From Nitrososphaerota archaeon (lineage in GTDB: Archaea > Thermoproteota > Bathyarchaeia > Bathyarchaeales > Bathycorpusculaceae): 44,662 bases of DNA. This document shows positions 1-9,173 of the stretch, in pieces. The first letter of the stretch is position 1. Every line of letters starts with the position of its first letter. The stretch lies in assembly GCA_031282985.1 (NCBI GenBank), contig JAITCR010000006.1, positions 1 to 44,662 on the forward strand, given 5' to 3'. Made by a program: the position numbers and the translations under genes. The notes under the pieces are model-generated. The model was given only the letters and a program-made list of their open reading frames with translations, searched no databases and was not told the origin of the DNA.

Positions 1-164
1 TGTTTGTTGTGGTTAAAGCCTGCTTTTACACAATGTTGGTTTCCACACTTTGGGCATTTCATAGCCATCGCAAATACAAAAGGCTAAACTACCTTATAAT
101 CCTTTTTGCAATACTCTCAACTTTTTTAAAAAATAATTAGTTAAAAAGGAAAAATATGGTTATG

Positions 165-1130
165 TTATGTTAGTTCGCACTGTTTTAAAAGTTTTTGCCA
201 GCGCTCATCTGTCACCTGTTGAATTTGGTCAAGTAAATGTTTATTTTCTGGTTTAAACAGGTGACGGAAACGTCCTTGTCCTTCGAAATATTCTGTAATG
301 GGTTTTTTCTTCTGTGGAGCTAACTTGAACATTTTACTTGGTACTGACAATACACGTTTACCGTTAATTGCTTCCCATATGGGGAAAACGCATGTTTCAA
401 CAGACAGTTTTGAGTATGACATAGTCTTTGATGGTTCAGTTCTCCAGCCACGTGGACAGGGAGCAAAAATATGCAAAAACGCTGGACCTTTTACTTCTAA
501 GCCTTTCCTAACTTTGGTCATCATGTCCTTCCAATAGTAAGGTGTAGCAGTTGCAACGTATTCCAATTCATGTGCTAGCATGATTTCGGTTATTGGTTTT
601 TTCTTTTCAAGCTTACCCGGGATAACCGTTCCAGCAGGAGTTGTTGTCGTAGAGGCACCTGTAGGGGTTCCGCCGCTTCTTTGAATACCAGTGTTCATGT
701 AGCCTTCATTGTCATACAGTACAAAAAGAAAATCATGACCACGCTCAAGAGCACCAGATAACGCTTGAAAACCAATATCATAAGTACCGCCGTCACCTGC
801 AATTGCAATAACGTCAATGTGTTCTTGTTTAATTTTGCCTTTTTTACGCATGGCTTTAATTGCAGCGTCTATACCTGAAGCGTTTGCAGCTACGTTCTCA
901 AATGCAGTGTGAAGCCAAGGTAGACCCCAAGAAGTATATGGATATATTGACCCGACAATTTCCATACAACCCGTTGCTTGAGTTACAATTGTTGGACCAC
1001 GAGTTGCCTTCATTATTAAACGGAATACAGTTGCGGGACCACATCCAGCACATGCTCTATGACCTGAAAAAAACAAATCCGGTTTAAGCGCTATGTCTTT
1101 TGCTGTGAAATTCCAGTCTTGAACAGTCAT
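165..1130 (-). CDS. porB: Pyruvate/2-oxoacid:ferredoxin oxidoreductase beta subunit (TPP-binding)
   Basis: GHRACAGCG, GDGG..DIG and YDNEGYMNTG.Q.S motifs; last gene of the porGDAB operon. Confidence 0.95.
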   Translation of the reverse strand: MTVQDWNFTAKDIALKPDLFFSGHRACAGCGPATVFRLIMKATRGPTIVTQATGCMEIVGSIYPYTSWGLPWLHTAFENVAANASGIDAAIKAMRKKGKIKQEHIDVIAIAGDGGTYDIGFQALSGALERGHDFLFVLYDNEGYMNTGIQRSGGTPTGASTTTTPAGTVIPGKLEKKKPITEIMLAHELEYVATATPYYWKDMMTKVRKGLEVKGPAFLHIFAPCPRGWRTEPSKTMSYSKLSVETCVFPIWEAINGKRVLSVPSKMFKLAPQKKKPITEYFEGQGRFRHLFKPENKHLLDQIQQVTDERWQKLLKQCELT

Positions 1131-1137
1131 CTTTTCC

Positions 1138-2373
1138 TTACTCCTTTAATCCTAAATAATGTACAACATTTTCAACTTGGCCTGTTTTAGCTATCTGCTG
1201 CAAATTTTCAAAGATTTTCCGCAACCCAGTTGGATTGCTATCTCTGCCACCTAAACCAAAAATGTAATTGACAACAAGGGGGTGCTGTTTGAGGTCAAAT
1301 AGAACAGTGCAAACTTCATTAAATAACGGACCACCTAAACCACCAAAAGACAGACTTTTATCCATAACAGCTATAGCTTTGAGGTTTTTAAGCGCCTTTT
1401 GAAGCTGCTCAACAGGAAATGGACGGAAAGTACGCAAACGTAAAAGACCAACTTTTATACCTTCACTACGAAGCTCATCAACAAGCACTTTTAAAGTACC
1501 TGCCGTTGACCCAACAACAACAACTGCAATTTCAGCATCTGCCAATTGGTAAGTATCAATAAGACCATCACCATAGCTTCTGCCAGAAAGCACAGCATAC
1601 TTTAGGTTAATCTCTTGAATTTTTTTAAGCGCATTTCGCATAGCTTCTTCTTGCTGACGCTTAAACTCAAAATAATAATTTGGAGAAACATTTGGCCCCA
1701 TAGTCATTGGGTTGTCGGGGTCAAGTTTAAAAGGCACTGTTTTTCCTTCATGAGTCATAACCATAGGTAAAACGCGTTCACCTACAAACTGTTTTACAAT
1801 TTCATCAGATAGAATGTTAACGTTTTCCAATGTGTGACTAATGGTAAAACCATCTAAACCTACTATAATAGGCAAAGAAACATCTGAATCTTCTGCAATT
1901 TTGAAGGCCTGAATAATTGAGTCATAAGCTTCTTGAGCATTTTCAACATAAATATGAAGCCAACCACTATCGCGTTCAGCCATACTGTCTGAGTGATCAC
2001 CATGGATGTTTATAGGTGAGGACAATGCACGGTTTGCAACTGCCATTACTACGGGGGTTCGTGAACCTGATGTGACGAAAAGAATTTCATGCATTAATGC
2101 CAAACCTGCTGAGGCACTTGCGGTAAAGGCTCGTGCACCTGTAGCAGATGCTGCAAGGGATGCAGATATTGCACTATGCTCAGATTCAGTGCAGATAAAT
2201 TCTGTTTGAACCTCACCATTTGCAACGTATTCGCTGAATTTTTCAACTATAATTGTTTGAGGAGTAATTGGATAAGCCGCGACAACATCAACATTTGACT
2301 GTTTAACAGCCAAGGCAACTGCTTCATCACCGTTAAGAGCAAAAAGTTCTTGTTTAACTTGATGTTGAACCAT
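1138..2373 (-). CDS. porA: Pyruvate/2-oxoacid:ferredoxin oxidoreductase alpha subunit
   Basis: AAYPITPQT, ESEHSA and YIFGLGGRD motifs. Confidence 0.95.
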   Translation of the reverse strand: MVQHQVKQELFALNGDEAVALAVKQSNVDVVAAYPITPQTIIVEKFSEYVANGEVQTEFICTESEHSAISASLAASATGARAFTASASAGLALMHEILFVTSGSRTPVVMAVANRALSSPINIHGDHSDSMAERDSGWLHIYVENAQEAYDSIIQAFKIAEDSDVSLPIIVGLDGFTISHTLENVNILSDEIVKQFVGERVLPMVMTHEGKTVPFKLDPDNPMTMGPNVSPNYYFEFKRQQEEAMRNALKKIQEINLKYAVLSGRSYGDGLIDTYQLADAEIAVVVVGSTAGTLKVLVDELRSEGIKVGLLRLRTFRPFPVEQLQKALKNLKAIAVMDKSLSFGGLGGPLFNEVCTVLFDLKQHPLVVNYIFGLGGRDSNPTGLRKIFENLQQIAKTGQVENVVHYLGLKE

Positions 2374-2376
2374 ATT

Positions 2377-2667
2377 TTATTCCTCTTTTTCAGGCATATT
2401 CATGGTAATTGCTTTCGTTGGACATTCATTAGCACATATACCACAGCCTTTACAAAAACTAAGATCAAAAGTTATTTGCCCCAGCTCAGGTTTCCAACGA
2501 ATAGCTCCTTCGGGGCAAAGCATTACGCATGTTAAACAAGTAACACATTTTTCAAAATCACACACAGGCATGTATGTCTTCCAGTCGCCAGTTAAAAAGT
2601 TTACACTGGAACTTGGACTTACAGCAGCTATTGTTAGTTCTTTCCAACTTTTTTCTTGTCCACTCAT
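2377..2667 (-). CDS. porD: Pyruvate:ferredoxin oxidoreductase delta subunit (2x[4Fe-4S])
   Basis: TGDWKT, CxxCxxCxxxCP and CKGCGICANECP motifs. Confidence 0.93.
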   Translation of the reverse strand: MSGQEKSWKELTIAAVSPSSSVNFLTGDWKTYMPVCDFEKCVTCLTCVMLCPEGAIRWKPELGQITFDLSFCKGCGICANECPTKAITMNMPEKEE

Positions 2668-3230
2668 ACAAATTTTACCTCATTGTAGGCTTCTTGTACA
2701 ACGGCAAAGTTTTTTTCTGCTAAATCTGGCCTGAAGCGCCCTTTCAAAGTTTTCTGTATACCTTCTAAAGAAATGATTTCTGTTGCTTTTGCAACTGCAC
2801 CCAGCAAGGCAGTGCTTGTCATTGGAGCACCTAAAATTTTTAGCGCTATTTCTGTTGCAGGTACCGCCCAAACTTTACCTTTGGTTACATGTAAAGTTTG
2901 TTTTAACACCGCTGGGTCTTCAGTTGAGTTAATAATTAAATTACTATCATCATGGTTTAAACCTGCAGTTACAGGCACCGTCTTTAGCAGAGTATTATCG
3001 AGTAACACAACTACGTCAGGTTCATAAACAGCACAATGCAACCGAATAGGTTCAGTGCTAATTCGTGTAAAAGCAGTTACTGGCGCGCCCATACGTTCGG
3101 GACCGAACTCAGGAAACGACTGTATAAATTTGCCTTCGTCAAGCGCAGTCCTAGCTAATAACTCGCTAGCAGTCCAAGATCCTTGTCCACCTCTACCGTG
3201 CCAGCGAAATTCGACCATTGTTTTCAGCAT
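2664..3230 (-). CDS. porG: Pyruvate:ferredoxin oxidoreductase gamma subunit
   Basis: WHGRGGQG and FPEFGPERMGAPV motifs; ATGA overlap with porD. Confidence 0.93.
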   Translation of the reverse strand: MLKTMVEFRWHGRGGQGSWTASELLARTALDEGKFIQSFPEFGPERMGAPVTAFTRISTEPIRLHCAVYEPDVVVLLDNTLLKTVPVTAGLNHDDSNLIINSTEDPAVLKQTLHVTKGKVWAVPATEIALKILGAPMTSTALLGAVAKATEIISLEGIQKTLKGRFRPDLAEKNFAVVQEAYNEVKFV

Positions 3231-3456
3231 AATCCCTTCTCACGTGAACACTTTAATTCCTAAAAGGTATTAAAGTCCCCCAAATAAAGTTATGCCAATG
3301 AAGGTTCATGATTTAACTGGTGACAATGAATCTGACAGTATTTTAGAATGTTGTCAATGACAACAACATAATACGTAACCCTCAAAAGTTAACTGCGTCT
3401 AAAAAAGACAAGCTTAAATATGTTGATAGAGTTGAGTGTGAAATAGTATCAGTTTT

Positions 3457-3533
3457 GCCGCTGTTGCATAGCTCGGTAGTGCGACTGACTGTTAATCAGT
3501 AGGTCAAAGGTTCGAGTCCTTTCAGCGGCGCCA
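3457..3533 (+). tRNA. tRNA-Asn (anticodon GTT), intronless, CCA encoded; provirus integration target
   Basis: Cloverleaf: GCCGCTG/CAGCGGC acceptor stem, ACTGA-CTGTTAA-TCAGT anticodon arm (GTT at 3491-3493), AAAGG-TTCGAGT-CCTTT T arm. Confidence 0.96.
3514..3533 (+). repeat. attL core GAGTCCTTTCAGCGGCGCCA (tRNA-Asn 3' end)
   Basis: Exact match to 44035-44054. Confidence 0.95.
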
Positions 3534-3538
3534 ACTTA

Positions 3539-3555
3539 CGGGAGACAAAGTACTG
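3539..3555. repeat. Left 17-bp inverted repeat CGGGAGACAAAGTACTG
   Basis: Exact reverse complement of 44009-44025. Confidence 0.93.
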
Positions 3556-3566
3556 CAGATTACCGT

Positions 3567-5027
3567 TCATTTGCGGTTAATCTCCTCCCTAAACAACACT
3601 TTCAACTGATCAGCAAGAGCCTTCAACTGGAAATTCTCATGATCCTCAAAAGACTTACATGTTACAGCCCCTTGCAACAACGCATGCTTAGTTAAAGTTT
3701 CATCAGGATTCATACCATACGCGCGTATGATTTCTTTTAAAGTATCTATCTTACTAATACGGGTCTTTGGTCTAATTGCCAAGCCAGCAGAATGATAGAT
3801 ATTTCGCAGTTTATCTATGCCCAAGCTTTGTACGTCATCATAAGTACTAATTGTGTGACCCATCATGTACTCAACATAATCATGTGGAACACTTAACGCG
3901 GTTAGTTGTGTTTTAAAATATTTTCGCAAACTATGAACACGTAAATCATACATATTACAACCGTTATGCTTGCGCAGTATGTTAGCCGCTTTGTACAATT
4001 TATTAATTGCTTTTCGCACTGTCTTTGGTGTAACACCCTTTGGACGTGCTTTTGTGCTATCACGTATCAAAGGTGAGGTGTCAGTAATTATTTCTGGCGG
4101 TATATTGCAATTGCCTTTTTTGCGTTGGTCAAAGTAGAGTTGAAGGTACATAACTGCTTCTGGACCTAAAAATGTGTCGTAGTCGTGGTATTTGCCTTTA
4201 GTAATTTCTTTTTCTACTTTAATGTGCAGTGGAATTATGTTGTTTTCTAAGTCGTGTTTAACGTGGCGGTACTGAAGCTTTGTAAAGCATTCTATTCTAA
4301 ATCCGCCTAAAGCAAAAGCGGTAACCATGAATTTTTCTCTGACATCGCCTAATTCTAGTACTTTTGCTAGTTCTTCGGGTGTTGGAGCGCGATCTTTGTA
4401 TGTTACTTTATGGTTTAAGGGTTCGTTTAGTTCAATTTTTACTCCGTTTGCTCTGTAGAAGGTTTTTACTGCTTTTATGCAATTATTGACTGCGCCTGGT
4501 GCTAAGCCATCGTCTTGTAATTCGCCTAAATAATCGTTTAAGAAGCCACAGTGGTTTTGCACTATTATTGGGTCAGGTATTGCGCCTACTGGTTTTAGGT
4601 CTGCTATGATTTGATCTGGGCTGTGGCCAAGCCAATTTGTATATTTGTGTACATTTACTGTGTAGGTCATGCAAGTTCTAAGGGATCCAGAGAAGTGTCG
4701 TAGAAAGCGGCGAGCCATTTTTAGTAAGCTTTGGTTGTTGAAAACGTATGGTATTAGTTGTGGGCGGTCATTTAGTAGTGAGGTTATTACATAGTTTACG
4801 ATGCCTATTTCTTTAGCGTCTAAGACTTTGTCAAGTTCTATGATTACAGGCTGTTTTAGCTTGTAGCCGATTGTGCTTTTTTCGATTATTATTTGGTTGT
4901 CTTTGATTACTAATGGCAATTGCAGGCTTTGTATGTCTTCGATTTTTAGTTGTTTGTTTCTGGTGATAATGTTGTCTGTTGCTTTCCTAGTGATTTGGGA
5001 GGTTAAGGTAGCTTTCGCTATTGACAT
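3567..5027 (-). CDS. int: Tyrosine recombinase/integrase
   Basis: GGFR (catalytic R), K in ITKGK, HSLRKYF (HxxR), MMGH and downstream Y; adjacent to attL. Confidence 0.93.
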   Translation of the reverse strand: MSIAKATLTSQITRKATDNIITRNKQLKIEDIQSLQLPLVIKDNQIIIEKSTIGYKLKQPVIIELDKVLDAKEIGIVNYVITSLLNDRPQLIPYVFNNQSLLKMARRFLRHFSGSLRTCMTYTVNVHKYTNWLGHSPDQIIADLKPVGAIPDPIIVQNHCGFLNDYLGELQDDGLAPGAVNNCIKAVKTFYRANGVKIELNEPLNHKVTYKDRAPTPEELAKVLELGDVREKFMVTAFALGGFRIECFTKLQYRHVKHDLENNIIPLHIKVEKEITKGKYHDYDTFLGPEAVMYLQLYFDQRKKGNCNIPPEIITDTSPLIRDSTKARPKGVTPKTVRKAINKLYKAANILRKHNGCNMYDLRVHSLRKYFKTQLTALSVPHDYVEYMMGHTISTYDDVQSLGIDKLRNIYHSAGLAIRPKTRISKIDTLKEIIRAYGMNPDETLTKHALLQGAVTCKSFEDHENFQLKALADQLKVLFREEINRK

Positions 5028-5383
5028 ATTATTGTTTCTCCCGTTTTTTCTTTAGAGTTTATGTTTTGTTGAGTTTTTCGCTTTGTTGTTTGAAGCGCAT
5101 ACTCGTTTGATTGTGGTGTTTTTGTTATATTTATGTCATATTGTGAAAGTTCTATTATTGCAGATTTTAGTAGCACTAACCCAGAGGCTTTCGGGTCGCC
5201 ACCTTTAAGAGATGGAGGATCAGCGTCTTTGTCCCAAGAAATAACTATGTATTCGTCACATTGATAATTCAGCCAACCCACCGCCTCACGTGTTTGAGGT
5301 TTAACAATCAAAGGCGTTGATCGGTTAAACATAACATGATCAGCATAACGCACATACACCAGACAAGACTTGTCAACCTTCAC
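5018..5383 (-). CDS. Hypothetical protein
   Basis: 121-aa ORF overlapping the integrase start, same strand. Confidence 0.6.
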   Translation of the reverse strand: MKVDKSCLVYVRYADHVMFNRSTPLIVKPQTREAVGWLNYQCDEYIVISWDKDADPPSLKGGDPKASGLVLLKSAIIELSQYDINITKTPQSNEYALQTTKRKTQQNINSKEKTGETIICQ

Positions 5384-5579
5384 GAAAAAACCTCTTTTGC
5401 AAGTGTGAACTATCAGTTAAGTGGCATATTTCATCTCTAAACAGGCGGGTGTATCCACATTGAGGACAACTTAACTGAAAAGGCTGTTTAGGGAGTTGAA
5501 TTTCAACATTATTTAAAACTTGCTTTTTGCCGGGAATGGAAGAGGCAAAGTGAAAATCAATCTGTCCTTTAGCTATCAA
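5373..5579 (-). CDS. Small CxxC (CPQCG) protein
   Basis: TTG start preceded by GAGGAGG; overlaps neighbouring ORFs. Confidence 0.5.
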   Translation of the reverse strand: MIAKGQIDFHFASSIPGKKQVLNNVEIQLPKQPFQLSCPQCGYTRLFRDEICHLTDSSHLQKRFFREG

Positions 5580-5743
5580 ACTTTGGCAACCTCCTCTTGA
5601 TTTTGTAGACGAGTTCTATTACAATACTTGCAAACGTCTGTAGATTCGGGATTTGACAGTTTAACATTTTTTAACTGCCCATTTGGCGTAGAGCGCATGT
5701 ATCGGTGAATACAGCCTTTTTTCAAATTGCGTCTATACCCCAT
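5576..5743 (-). CDS. 55-aa putative zinc-binding protein (MGYRRNLKKGCIHRY...VCKYCN...), below the ORF-track cutoff
   Basis: Manual translation; CxH...CxxC pattern; stop overlaps the next start. Confidence 0.5.
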   Translation of the reverse strand: MGYRRNLKKGCIHRYMRSTPNGQLKNVKLSNPESTDVCKYCNRTRLQNQEEVAKV

Positions 5744-5822
5744 TTATCATAAAACCTCCAATTGCTAAACGTAGAACGCATATAGAATATGTACACCTGG
5801 TTTTCTACAAGCCATTTCATTG

Positions 5823-6161
5823 TTAGGCCTCTACTATGGTTACATGTTTTCTTGTTTTGGGCGGTAATTGCTTTAGTTGGAATTCTATAATGTCTTTGAG
5901 AGTTAATTTTTGGAGTTGTTCAGCCATGTTTTTTATGAATACTTTGGCTTTTTCTTCATCGGTGTATAGTTCGTATTTGAAGGTTTGTCCATTTTTCGTT
6001 GTAAAAGTTGTGCTGCCACTAGGAAAAGTGATTGGTAATTCCTTGCTGCAGAAACCATATGCTGGATGTGTTTTTGGTATGGTAAGGTTAACTTCAAAAT
6101 AGCGCGTTTTTGGCTCTATACTACATTCTAGTTTTTCACAGATTAGCTGAACTGCAGGCAT
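5823..6161 (-). CDS. Hypothetical protein
   Basis: 112-aa ORF starting 3 nt after the upstream stop. Confidence 0.6.
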   Translation of the reverse strand: MPAVQLICEKLECSIEPKTRYFEVNLTIPKTHPAYGFCSKELPITFPSGSTTFTTKNGQTFKYELYTDEEKAKVFIKNMAEQLQKLTLKDIIEFQLKQLPPKTRKHVTIVEA

Positions 6162-6164
6162 AAA

Positions 6165-6350
6165 TTAATTCTCCGCTTTTGGGAGCTCTTGTGGGATGTG
6201 GTGTTCGTCTAGTGCATCTAGTATGAATTTTTCAACTAAACCTGAAACTGTTGTGATTCCTCTGAAGCATCTGAGTTCTACTGCACGTGTGATTCTGTTT
6301 TTTACGTCTTTGCTGATCCATAAATTTAGTTGCTCTTTCTCAATTGACAT
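6165..6350 (-). CDS. Putative ribbon-helix-helix DNA-binding protein (61 aa; start re-called to ATG at 6350)
   Basis: EQLNLWISKDVKNRI...TVSGLVEKFILDAL fits the RHH strand-helix-helix pattern. Confidence 0.6.
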   Translation of the reverse strand: MSIEKEQLNLWISKDVKNRITRAVELRCFRGITTVSGLVEKFILDALDEHHIPQELPKAEN

Positions 6351-6477
6351 ACATATTCTCTCATATATTATATTTAACATGTTGTACTTGATATACATAA
6401 TAGAATATGCTATAAATACCCCTACGTGTAACAAAAAGAATAAATACAAAAAAAGACAGCAAAAGGTAGTTGAAACA

Positions 6478-6753
6478 ATGATGCTTCTTGAAGAATTTGA
6501 CAAAGCAACAATAATACGCGTAACACTGTTTCTTCTAAAAAACCCTCACTCCCACATAACAAAAATTATCAATCATACAAATGGAAAACAAAAAGCCGTA
6601 TACACAGCAATAGCAGCACTAAACAAGGCACAATACCTAAACAAAACACAAAACACAATTTTCCCCTATAACCCCGAATACACCCTTACCGAAAAGGGTG
6701 AGCAACTAGCCAAGATTTTGATAACGCTAAAAGAATTCATGGAAAAAAACTAA
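6478..6753 (+). CDS. Winged helix-turn-helix regulator (start re-called to ATG at 6478)
   Basis: AVYTAIAAL recognition helix and YTLTEKG wing (MarR/HxlR-like). Confidence 0.7.
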   Translation: MMLLEEFDKATIIRVTLFLLKNPHSHITKIINHTNGKQKAVYTAIAALNKAQYLNKTQNTIFPYNPEYTLTEKGEQLAKILITLKEFMEKN

Positions 6754-6941
6754 ACTGATATGTTATCAACATCAAAACGCTTTTTAATGCGTTCAAACTT
6801 TGACGCTTTCACAGCACCAAGCAATAAAGTAATTTTTTTCACAGTAACCTCGATGTTTGTGGTTTGTCCTAGTTCATTTAAACAAATCTCTAGGGCATCT
6901 TCCATTCCTCGGTTATATTCCTCTTCGTTCATGTAGTTCAC
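6750..6941 (-). CDS. Small hypothetical protein
   Basis: 63-aa ORF, EEYNRGMEDAL; GGGTGA SD-like site near the ATGs. Confidence 0.55.
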   Translation of the reverse strand: MNYMNEEEYNRGMEDALEICLNELGQTTNIEVTVKKITLLLGAVKASKFERIKKRFDVDNISV

Positions 6942-7098
6942 CCTGCCAAATACTTTACTACACTCATTTGTTAATAATTGATAAATGTGTATTTAAACCT
7001 GATAAGGCAATTTCAAAACAAACACAGTTATTAATAATTAAAAATTGTAAAATATGTATATATTAACAATTATTGATAATTGATAAACAAGGTTAGGT

Positions 7099-7404
7099 AT
7101 GCCGTCAATAGATGAATTAAACGAGTCACAAGCGTTTTTACGGGTGCTACTAACACTTTACACTGTAAAACGACCACTTAATCAACAAGAGCTACTTAAA
7201 GAAATACAAACTGCCCACAAAATCGGACAGTTCTCAATAAAAACAGCAACAACAAAAGGCATCAACCTTGGATTAATAGAAAAAGAGTCACGAAAAATAG
7301 GCAATAACCCTATGCCAAGTTTAATGCACTCCTTAACAGAAAAAGGCACAAAAATAGCTGAGCTACTTTCTGAGATCAACAAAATATTGCAAGAAAAACC
7401 CTGA
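7099..7404 (+). CDS. Winged helix-turn-helix regulator
   Basis: LGLIEK...HSLTEKG.KIA wing motif. Confidence 0.72.
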   Translation: MPSIDELNESQAFLRVLLTLYTVKRPLNQQELLKEIQTAHKIGQFSIKTATTKGINLGLIEKESRKIGNNPMPSLMHSLTEKGTKIAELLSEINKILQEKP

Positions 7405-7672
7405 TTATTGTTGCGCAAATAGGAGAAAGCGCGATTATCTAAAAACTTGGTTGGCGACTATCGAAAATATTGGCATCATCAAGCAGGCAATGTGAGAGGG
7501 AAAAAGAAAGTGTGAACATAGACGCGCTGACTTTGGAAACATTTCCCCCTCACAAGTAACATTTACCTCTACACGCGGATATAAAGTGTAAATTAACTCG
7601 CCATCGCGTGACAGTGGAGAGGAAAATAAAAATGAAGTGACCAAATAAATGAGGTCAATGTATACCTTGCTT

Positions 7673-7849
7673 TTATTTGTCTATTTTTGCCAAAAATTGT
7701 TTGATTAACTCCATATCTTGTTCTATTTGTTGCATATCAAGTTTTTTGGTTCTGTGGGTTAGAACTCGGAAGTCTTGTAATCTTTTGCCTGTTGTTAGGT
7801 ATTCTTGCATTATTTCTCGCTCTCTTTTTGTTAGGCAGTAGGTTGTCAT
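7673..7849 (-). CDS. 58-aa hypothetical protein (MTTYCLTKREREIMQEYL...), below the ORF-track cutoff
   Basis: Manual translation; divergent from 7981 across an AT-rich promoter region. Confidence 0.55.
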   Translation of the reverse strand: MTTYCLTKREREIMQEYLTTGKRLQDFRVLTHRTKKLDMQQIEQDMELIKQFLAKIDK

Positions 7850-7980
7850 TTGTTATACTCATACAACACATTATTGTTACTCGTTTATATAATTATTTAT
7901 GCGTGTTACATTATAGCGTTATATTTACGTAACATTTATATATAATATGTTACATTATTGTAATTGTAAGGTGTAACAAT

Positions 7981-8238
7981 ATGCAAGTGTTAAAAGTTGA
8001 TCCAGCAAAAACTGTGAAAGATTATAATGTGCCTGTATGCAGGTTTTGTGTTCCTACATGGTGGTATTACCAAAATGAGCGGGTAGCTTATGATTATGAG
8101 GGCTACATACACGCAACCATCACCAAAGAAACAGAAAAAGCCCTACGACTAAAAATTTACGACCCCTACACCACAACCGCTGCACCCATTGAACTATGGA
8201 TAGCAAAAAGCATCATCATAGACACACAGAAGCTCTAA
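7981..8238 (+). CDS. Hypothetical viral protein
   Basis: ETEKAL...WIAKS pattern seen in small beta-barrel viral proteins. Confidence 0.6.
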   Translation: MQVLKVDPAKTVKDYNVPVCRFCVPTWWYYQNERVAYDYEGYIHATITKETEKALRLKIYDPYTTTAAPIELWIAKSIIIDTQKL

Positions 8239-8240
8239 AC

Positions 8241-8387
8241 ATGACCCGAAAATACACCAAAGCCCGTTGCCCAAAATGCGGCACAACCACAATATACGCC
8301 AGACCCCAAACACGCAAAGAAAACTGCCACCCCTGCTTCATGCAATCAAACGGCAACAACCGCATAACCATAACCCCCCTAAACTAA
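8241..8387 (+). CDS. Small zinc-ribbon protein (CPKC...CHPC)
   Basis: ATG 2 nt after the upstream stop; two CxxC motifs. Confidence 0.55.
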   Translation: MTRKYTKARCPKCGTTTIYARPQTRKENCHPCFMQSNGNNRITITPLN

Positions 8388-8490
8388 AAAAGGAGAACCT
8401 AAACAGCATAAAACAGACACCACATTTAAACAGTTGTTTTCACACTCTTTATATAATAATCTAAACAATGAACTTGTCGGAGCCTTTAGG

Positions 8491-9171
8491 ATGGACCATT
8501 TCCGCATATGCACCATGTCTACGCTTATTGGACGTTTAAACAATTTTGAACAAAAATATGACCCTAAGGAACTCTATGTTACAGGACAAATATCTTTACC
8601 CTTGATAACTCCCAGAGTTTCCATAATCGGATCTCGAAAAGCTTCCTCTAATGGCGTTTACACAGCTGAAACTTTGGCAGGTTTTTTTGCAAAACACAAC
8701 GTTACAATTGTTAGCGGGTTAGCTGAGGGAATTGATACCGCGGCACATAATGGCGCCATTGCAGCAAATGGACAAACAATAGCAGTTATCGGAACACCAT
8801 TAGACAAGTTTTATCCAGCTAAAAACCGAAAACTTCAAGAGCTTTTGATGCAGAAACACCTGGTTATTTCCCAGTTTCCAACAAATTATCCTGTGATGCC
8901 AAAGAACTTTGTCATTAGAAATCGCACTATGGCATTAATTTCTAATGCCACCATTATTGTAGAGGCAAAAGATGGCAGTGGTTCACTTCACCAGGGTTGG
9001 GAAGCATTAAGACTGGGCCGACCTCTATTTATTAGAAGTATTTTAGCGCGTGATTCTTCATTAAAATGGATTAAAAATTTAACACATTATGGTGCAATAT
9101 TGTTTACGGACCCTAAAGAAATATTGGATGAATTACCTTTCAAGAGGCAACTTTCTGAAGTGAGCCAGTAA
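8491..9171 (+). CDS. dprA: DprA/Smf-family protein (putative ShosA-like antitoxin)
   Basis: IIGSR, IVSGLAEGIDTAAH, FVIRNRTMA and IVEA..SGS motifs; ORF open from 8434, ATG at 8491 chosen. Confidence 0.9.
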   Translation: MDHFRICTMSTLIGRLNNFEQKYDPKELYVTGQISLPLITPRVSIIGSRKASSNGVYTAETLAGFFAKHNVTIVSGLAEGIDTAAHNGAIAANGQTIAVIGTPLDKFYPAKNRKLQELLMQKHLVISQFPTNYPVMPKNFVIRNRTMALISNATIIVEAKDGSGSLHQGWEALRLGRPLFIRSILARDSSLKWIKNLTHYGAILFTDPKEILDELPFKRQLSEVSQ

Positions 9172-9173
9172 CC

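Noticed and set aside
6196..6503. Long overlapping N-terminal extensions of ORFs 6165-6503 and 6196-6753
   Set aside because: They overlap each other across an AT-rich promoter-like gap; internal ATGs at 6350 and 6478 give compact domains
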